A DNA stretch of 64,000 bases from Bacilli bacterium (GTDB taxonomy: Bacteria > Bacillota_I > Bacilli_A > RF39 > UBA660), in assembly GCA_017542465.1 (NCBI GenBank), contig JAFXXB010000032.1, forward strand, positions 10,086 to 74,085. The letters run 5' to 3'. The notes below the pieces were generated by a model, which was not told where the DNA came from, made no database searches, and saw nothing but the letters and a program-made list of their open reading frames with translations. This document shows, in pieces, positions 58,798 to 64,000 of the stretch. Each line of letters opens with the position of its first letter. The stretch's first letter is position 1. The position numbers and the translations under genes are program-made.

Positions 58798-58898
58798 TAA
58801 AAAAAGTGGAGCCTTTCGGCTCCTTCAGGGGGTTTTGGTTGATATACTCTAACATTGGTTAAATCGTTAGAGTCTACCGGCTATGTTTACCATAGCCT
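58798..58898 (-). ncRNA. candidate small RNA 'B' (about 100 nt) with a C-rich single-stranded stretch
   Basis: Minus-strand promoter TTGATT, 17 nt, TAATAT. Hairpins GGCUAUG/CAUAGCC and ACUCUAAC/GUUAGAGU. An unpaired CAACCAAAACCCCCUGAA stretch. Terminator GGAGCC-GAAA-GGCUCC followed by UUUUUUU. Confidence 0.55.
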
Positions 58899-58963
58899 AT
58901 TATAATATTACTAAATATGTTTTATAAAATCAATTATATTTTTATAAATAATAAAAGAGTAGG

Positions 58964-60103
58964 TTATTCTTTCCAGATAACCTTACTCTTTTTATTATTA
59001 ACTTCAGTCTTAAATCTAAATAACACTGGTATCAATATAAAACCAATTACAACATATAACATAATCTTAATATCACTTATAAAGAATGCACATATACCTA
59101 CTACCAATATTCTAAATATATTTTGAGTACACTCATATAATAAATTGAAGTTGTGGAATTCATAATTCTTAGATAACTTTAATAACTCCTTATTAAATGA
59201 TTGTTCATACATCTTAGTTCCTAATCCACTTATAAATGTAATCACATACAATATTATTCCATATGTATTAATCTGTAATACCTTAAATACCAACAAGAAT
59301 ATAATACTAAACACTAAATAATTCTTATCCTTATTAATTAATCTAGCATATACATATACAAATATAATAGTTGCTAACTGAGCAAGTAAATTAATTATTC
59401 CTACAGCAGTATAAGTATTCCTTACATATATAATAATATACAAAGGTAACATAAAAGTAATAACATTCTGTAATTCATAACAACCTATATTAATAATACT
59501 AGATATAGGAGTAACCTTAATAGTCTCCACTATATTGAGCTTAATATCATTTATCTCATGATTAAACTTTAACTTACATATACAATAAAGACCTACCAAC
59601 AATAACAATGTAGATATCACAGTAATAACTTGTATATTAATATATTCAAGTAAAAGAGAACCTACATATGATGATAATAATAAAGCTAATTGATTCAATA
59701 TAGAGACCCATGAATAATCTTTAGATATATTATCTTTACCTATTACTTTAAAAGTATAATACCTTCTAGACATCCAATAACTTCTTCTATATAAAGCATA
59801 TAAGAATGATAATATAAATAAATATATATGATTTAACTGAATATAATTTAAACATACTTGTACTGCTATAAATGCAATTATACCTATGAATGTTAATAAC
59901 TTATTAGAGTATTTCTTAGATATTTGTATACAAGGGAATGCTAATATAAATGAGAATATATTAATTAATAAATAATATGAGATAACACTATGAAGATTAA
60001 AGCCTGCTTTAAATAATACAGTACCTATAAATACTTCTATTAATGATCTAGCAAATGTAGATAAGAATACATACCTATTAAACTGTTTTTGATTATCTTC
60101 CAT
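58964..60103 (-). CDS. multi-pass membrane protein, MFS-transporter-like
   Basis: 379 aa with about 10-12 hydrophobic helices. The family assignment is tentative. Confidence 0.5.
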   Translation of the reverse strand: MEDNQKQFNRYVFLSTFARSLIEVFIGTVLFKAGFNLHSVISYYLLINIFSFILAFPCIQISKKYSNKLLTFIGIIAFIAVQVCLNYIQLNHIYLFILSFLYALYRRSYWMSRRYYTFKVIGKDNISKDYSWVSILNQLALLLSSYVGSLLLEYINIQVITVISTLLLLVGLYCICKLKFNHEINDIKLNIVETIKVTPISSIINIGCYELQNVITFMLPLYIIIYVRNTYTAVGIINLLAQLATIIFVYVYARLINKDKNYLVFSIIFLLVFKVLQINTYGIILYVITFISGLGTKMYEQSFNKELLKLSKNYEFHNFNLLYECTQNIFRILVVGICAFFISDIKIMLYVVIGFILIPVLFRFKTEVNNKKSKVIWKE

Positions 60104-60148
60104 ATTATCACTTCCATAAAAAAGGAGCTAGATATATTTCTATTCCCT

Positions 60149-60904
60149 CTATAATATTTCTAATATATTTAAATAATATACTATAACCTTTGAATTTTCT
60201 TTTGGTTTATTAACAAAATAATATCCTTTTATATCTTTCTTTTTCTTTACTTTTGTAGCGAGTACTTCTACATATAGTTTAAAGTTATCTTTTTCATCAA
60301 CTATTAATGCTTTATGTGGTATAAAATTACTTGCATTAAAGTGGATATAGTATTTAACTACTCTGAAATCTAATTTACCTTTTATTAGTTTATTTATGTT
60401 TCTAGAATTCATTGTAATTATTGCACATTCACTATACTTTTTATGTAGTTTATTTCTAAATCTACTATTAGATATCTTATCACTACCTAGATCTTTCATA
60501 CCTATTAGTTTTAAATAGTTTTGTATTCTTTTTAAATACTCTAATTCTTGAGTACTATAATACTTTAAATCCTTCTTTTCAATTTTAAATGATTCAGGTG
60601 AATAATATAATGCTCTAAGTACTTCTTCAAATGAATGCCCATGATTATGTCCAACTACTACAGTCCATTTTTTACCTTTTAAAGAACCTTCAACATGTTT
60701 ATCAATAAATGGATAATATAAACCAGCCAATGATATATCTTCTAATCCATAACTTATTTCCGGATATATCTCTAGTCTATCATCATTATTAAAACATACA
60801 TATTCCATTACTTGTCTTTCTTCATCCCAGAATGGTGTAGGTAAATTATTCTTTTTATATTTATCATATCTTTTATTAAAATTATTAATATCAAAATCAG
60901 CCAT
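60149..60904 (-). CDS. hypothetical protein (251 aa) with a GHNHGH His cluster
   Basis: agggtga RBS. No family recognised. Confidence 0.5.
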   Translation of the reverse strand: MADFDINNFNKRYDKYKKNNLPTPFWDEERQVMEYVCFNNDDRLEIYPEISYGLEDISLAGLYYPFIDKHVEGSLKGKKWTVVVGHNHGHSFEEVLRALYYSPESFKIEKKDLKYYSTQELEYLKRIQNYLKLIGMKDLGSDKISNSRFRNKLHKKYSECAIITMNSRNINKLIKGKLDFRVVKYYIHFNASNFIPHKALIVDEKDNFKLYVEVLATKVKKKKDIKGYYFVNKPKENSKVIVYYLNILEIL

Positions 60905-61036
60905 ATTATCACCCTGTATATATTATATCAACTATAATAATATTACTAAATATATATTATAAATCAATATACATTATTTAGTAATTATTAATTAATTGAC
61001 TATAGATAATATATATGGTATATTTTTAATACTTTT

Positions 61037-61127
61037 AACTGATCAGACCTTAAAGGAGTCGGGTTACAGAAGTAACAATGGAATTAAACATCCATGGGAC
61101 AGTTATATATGCCTAGGATGTTTTTTT
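61037..61127 (+). promoter_or_regulatory. candidate NiCo (czcD-motif) riboswitch with an expression-platform terminator
   Basis: Four-helix fold: P1 AACUG/CAGUU, P2 GACC..GGAGUC, P3 UUAC-AGAA-GUAA and P4 AUGGA/UCCAU. The junctions read GGGUUACAG and GGGACAG. An overlapping terminator ACAUCC...GGAUGU plus U7 follows. Sits directly upstream of a CDF transporter. Confidence 0.55.
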
Positions 61128-61150
61128 AATCCTTAAAAAGGAGTATTAAT

Positions 61151-62047
61151 ATGAATAAAAAGGAATTAGATTTTACTAAAGTAGCTAATAAAGTATCTAT
61201 TATAGCTATATTAGCTAATTTAATCTTAGCTATATTTAAATTATTAGCAGGTATTATAGCTCATTCGAGTGCTATGATAAGTGATGCTATTCATTCTGCT
61301 TCGGATGTATTTAGTACTATAGTTGTAATAATAGGTATTAAATTATCAGGTAAAGAAGCAGATAAAGATCATCCATATGGCCATGAGAGAATTGAATGTG
61401 TTGCTGCTATATTATTATCTATAGTATTATTTGCTACTGGATTAGGAATATTTATAAATGCTTTAAAAACAATTATAAATGGTGAATATAATAATATGGA
61501 AGTACCTGGATTACTTGCTTTAATAGCTGCTATAGTATCTATTATTATTAAAGAATTAATGTATTGGTATACAAGATATTATGCTAAACAAATTAATTCA
61601 TCCGCTTTAATGGCAGATGCATGGCATCATAGATCAGATTCTTTATCATCTATAGGCGCTTTAATAGGTATTATATTTGCTAGATTAGGTTTTCCTATCA
61701 TGGATTCAGTTGCTAGTATAATAATATTTATATTTATTATTAAAGCATCAATAGAAATATTTAATGATGCTGTTAGTAAAGTAGTAGATCATTCATGTGA
61801 TGAAGAAATAGAAAATGAAATATATAACTATGTTATTAACCATAAAGATGTTATAGATATAGATCTATTAAGAACAAGATTATTTGGTAATAAAATATAT
61901 GTTGATTTAGAGATACAATTAAAAGGTGATTTAACATTAAATAAAGCACATAAAATAGCTGAAGAAATACATGATGATATTGAAGACAAGTTTAGTGATG
62001 TTAAACATGTAATGGTACATGTTAATCCATCAAATAAAAAGAAATAA
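61151..62047 (+). CDS. cation diffusion facilitator (CDF) family metal efflux transporter
   Basis: 298 aa. HSASDVFS and DHPYGHERIE motifs, six TM helices and a cytoplasmic C-domain. Confidence 0.88.
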   Translation: MNKKELDFTKVANKVSIIAILANLILAIFKLLAGIIAHSSAMISDAIHSASDVFSTIVVIIGIKLSGKEADKDHPYGHERIECVAAILLSIVLFATGLGIFINALKTIINGEYNNMEVPGLLALIAAIVSIIIKELMYWYTRYYAKQINSSALMADAWHHRSDSLSSIGALIGIIFARLGFPIMDSVASIIIFIFIIKASIEIFNDAVSKVVDHSCDEEIENEIYNYVINHKDVIDIDLLRTRLFGNKIYVDLEIQLKGDLTLNKAHKIAEEIHDDIEDKFSDVKHVMVHVNPSNKKK

Positions 62048-62183
62048 AGTAAAAATACGTTATTTCTTTTTATTTATTAATATAATTATCATTTATTAAT
62101 GATTTTAAAAGATACTTATATGCAAAATAGTAATATTGTGATGTTTTACATTTATATAAAGTTAGTATATAATTTAGTATGAA

Positions 62184-62203
62184 AAGTATAACTAGTTATA
62201 CTT
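62184..62203. promoter_or_regulatory. 20-bp perfect palindrome (putative operator) between the -10 and the RBS of the abrB-like gene
   Basis: AAGTATAACTAGTTATACTT, immediately upstream of aaaggagg. Confidence 0.4.
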
Positions 62204-62216
62204 AAAGGAGGTAAAC

Positions 62217-62414
62217 ATGAAAGATAAGTTTGTAGGTATAGCTAAGGTTGGAGAAAAAGGACAAATAGTTATTCCAAAGGAAGCTAGAGATATGTTTGAT
62301 ATTAAACCAGGTGATTCAGTTGTTGTGTTATGTGACAAAAAGAAAGGAATGGCTATTATTAAATCTGAAGTAATAGAATATACTATGGATAAAATAATGC
62401 CTGATAAAAAATAA
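62217..62414 (+). CDS. AbrB/MazE/SpoVT-family DNA-binding protein
   Basis: 65 aa. GIAKVGEKGQIVIPKEARDMFDIKPGD is a swapped-hairpin barrel signature. Confidence 0.8.
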   Translation: MKDKFVGIAKVGEKGQIVIPKEARDMFDIKPGDSVVVLCDKKKGMAIIKSEVIEYTMDKIMPDKK

Positions 62415-63529
62415 TGAAAACAAGAAAACATTATTTAGATAATATTAGATGGATCACTTTGTGTGTTGTTATTATATATCATGTGTTTTATATTTTTAAT
62501 TCAAGTGGTGTAATATCAAATATTGGAGTAAAAGGAATTAAAGAGTTAGATACAATATGTGTTTTTACATATCCATGGATTATGTGTTTATTATTTGTTG
62601 TATCTGGTGTATCTACAAAATATTCATTAGATAATAAAACAAATAAAGAGTTTATTAAAGATAGAGCTAAAAGAATATTAGTTCCAAGTATTATTGGAAT
62701 ATTTGCATATGGTTGGATAACTGGATTGATGACTAATTATTATTCAGATATATTTGCAGGTAATGGTGCTATGATACCAGGATTTATAAAATATATTATT
62801 TGGTCATTGATAGGTATTGGACCTTTATGGTATGCTCATGTATTATTTGTAGCTTCATTATTAATTGTTTTAATTAGAAAAATTGATAATAAAAATGTTT
62901 TAGATAATCTTTTTAATAAAATTAATTTACCAATTCTATTTTTATTATTTCCATTAGTTTGGGGTTCTTCATTTATATTAAATACACCAGTTATTACAGT
63001 ATATAGATTTGGAATATATTTATTGATGTTCTTATTTGGATATTATATTTTTTCAAATGATAAGATTATAAATAAATTAGAAAGTATTTCTTTACCACTT
63101 GGAATAATTACTTTAATAACAGGTATAGTATTCACTGTAACTAATTATGGAGTTAATTTTGGATCAAATGAATTCTTAACTAATATATTTACTAATATCT
63201 ATTTATGGTTAGTTATATTATCAGCATTTGGTCTATCAAAGAAATATTTGAACTTTAATAATAAATTTACTAATTATATGAATAAGAATAATTTTAGTTT
63301 CTATGTATTACATTATACAATAGAGCTTATAATAGCATTTATCCTTGTTGAATATATTAAACTAAATAATTTTATATTTAATTATATTATTCTATTATTA
63401 GGAACAATAATTTTATTACCTTTAATAACTGAAATTTTAAAAAGAATTCCAATCGTAAATAGATTATTACTTGGTATAGTAAAGCAACAGAAGATAGATA
63501 TGGATACTAGTTTAAAAGTTAATGAATAA
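62414..63529 (+). CDS. acyltransferase-3 family integral membrane protein
   Basis: 371 aa. N-terminal YLDNIRWITLCVVIIYHVF motif and about 10 TM helices. TAATG overlap with the abrB-like gene. Confidence 0.7.
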   Translation: MKTRKHYLDNIRWITLCVVIIYHVFYIFNSSGVISNIGVKGIKELDTICVFTYPWIMCLLFVVSGVSTKYSLDNKTNKEFIKDRAKRILVPSIIGIFAYGWITGLMTNYYSDIFAGNGAMIPGFIKYIIWSLIGIGPLWYAHVLFVASLLIVLIRKIDNKNVLDNLFNKINLPILFLLFPLVWGSSFILNTPVITVYRFGIYLLMFLFGYYIFSNDKIINKLESISLPLGIITLITGIVFTVTNYGVNFGSNEFLTNIFTNIYLWLVILSAFGLSKKYLNFNNKFTNYMNKNNFSFYVLHYTIELIIAFILVEYIKLNNFIFNYIILLLGTIILLPLITEILKRIPIVNRLLLGIVKQQKIDMDTSLKVNE

Positions 63530-63590
63530 AGAAGATTATTATCTTCTTTTTTTATGTGTATTAAAAGGAAGAGAAGGTGCACTTCTCTTT

Positions 63591-64000
63591 TTATTTGTTT
63601 TCAATTAATGATTTGGTATTTGATATTTTCATATCTTTCTTTAATTGTTTAATGCTTTTATCTGGAGTAGGTAAGTCTTCTGGCATAGTGCCTCCAAGAT
63701 CTTTAATAGTCTTTCTGACTTTTTTGCCTACCTCATAATGAACACTGTTAGCTGTATATTCATTATCAACTTTTTCTCGTTTTAATTTTGCTTCAGTTTG
63801 AGCTGACATGAATATGTTAGCAGCTAATTCTTCGCTACCCATGTAATCAAGAATTTCTTCTCTATATCTAATTCCTTTTCTTTTAGCTATATCATCTGCT
63901 GTTTCACCATTATATAAACCTTTATAACCAGCATTATAGAAAACGTCCATTCGTTTAACTCCGGCTTCACGTGCAGCCTTATTTAATCTATTATTATGTC
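63591..64000 (-). CDS. DNA damage-inducible protein D (DinD)-like, 5' end outside window
   Basis: The frame is open to the window edge. The C-terminal ...ELAANIFMSAQTEAKLKRE...HYEVGKKVRKTIKDLGGTMPEDLPTP resembles DinD-family proteins. Confidence 0.55.
   Translation of the reverse strand, partial: HNNRLNKAAREAGVKRMDVFYNAGYKGLYNGETADDIAKRKGIRYREEILDYMGSEELAANIFMSAQTEAKLKREKVDNEYTANSVHYEVGKKVRKTIKDLGGTMPEDLPTPDKSIKQLKKDMKISNTKSLIENK

Noticed and set aside
58917-59126. 69-aa plus-strand ORF. Also 57938-58174, 7485-7679, 6170-6367, 19184-19372, 24196-24384 and 47425-47634.
   Set aside because: They straddle gene ends or intergenic promoters antisense to real genes. They have low complexity and no RBS.
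1-64000. Alternative genetic code (TGA=Trp as in Mycoplasma, or TAA reassignment)
   Set aside because: Long conserved genes (mfd, gyrB, recG, mnmG and others) are uninterrupted under the standard code, so TGA is not needed as a sense codon. Most genes terminate with TAA. The two in-frame TAAs are therefore local events, not a code change.
1-64000. CRISPR arrays, rRNA operons, T-box leaders
   Set aside because: No regularly spaced direct repeats, no 16S/23S/5S-like sequence and no T-box specifier or antiterminator motif were seen in any intergenic region.

Overview
This is a 64-kb window from a very AT-rich chromosome of a low-GC Gram-positive bacterium (Bacillota). It uses the standard genetic code, because TGA is never needed as a sense codon in the long conserved ORFs. 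A tmRNA tag ending in ...ALAFA, the delta subunit RpoE, SpoVG and RicT point to a Bacilli, Erysipelotrichia or Mollicutes-related lineage.

The window is centred on the replication origin. From the left edge to about 30.7 kb, nearly all genes are on the minus strand: dagK-like, ssrA, divIC, spoVG, rsmA, tatD, mfd, pth, ricT, holB, recR, ybaB, dnaX, tadA, ffs, gyrA, gyrB, recF, a comK-like gene, dnaN and dnaA. From 31.0 to 46.4 kb everything is on the plus strand: rpmH, rnpA, yidC, jag, mnmE, mnmG, rsmG, parB, rpoE, prfA, prmC, murA and rpmE. DnaA-box clusters flank dnaA, and four parS sites cluster at the 3' end of gyrA.

The right third (46.4-64 kb) has mixed orientation and is partly accessory. 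It carries cell-envelope genes, rpiB and recG. It also carries a block with no recognisable homology (52.9-58.1 kb): two large orphan ORFs followed by a tandem array of three divergent paralogs. Two GC-rich terminator-capped candidate sRNAs, a NiCo-type riboswitch with a CDF exporter, an AbrB-like/acyltransferase pair and a dinD-like gene complete this part.

The most notable oddities are:
- The essential gyrA and one of the array paralogs each carry a single in-frame TAA, with intact conserved coding sequence continuing in frame after it.
- A non-canonical tRNA-like element lies between mfd and tatD.
- Two paralogous genes resembling the RNA polymerase alpha C-terminal domain are inserted between prfA and prmC.

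I saw no transposase, integrase, CRISPR array or rRNA. All functional calls rest on motifs I recognised by eye. No database search was run.
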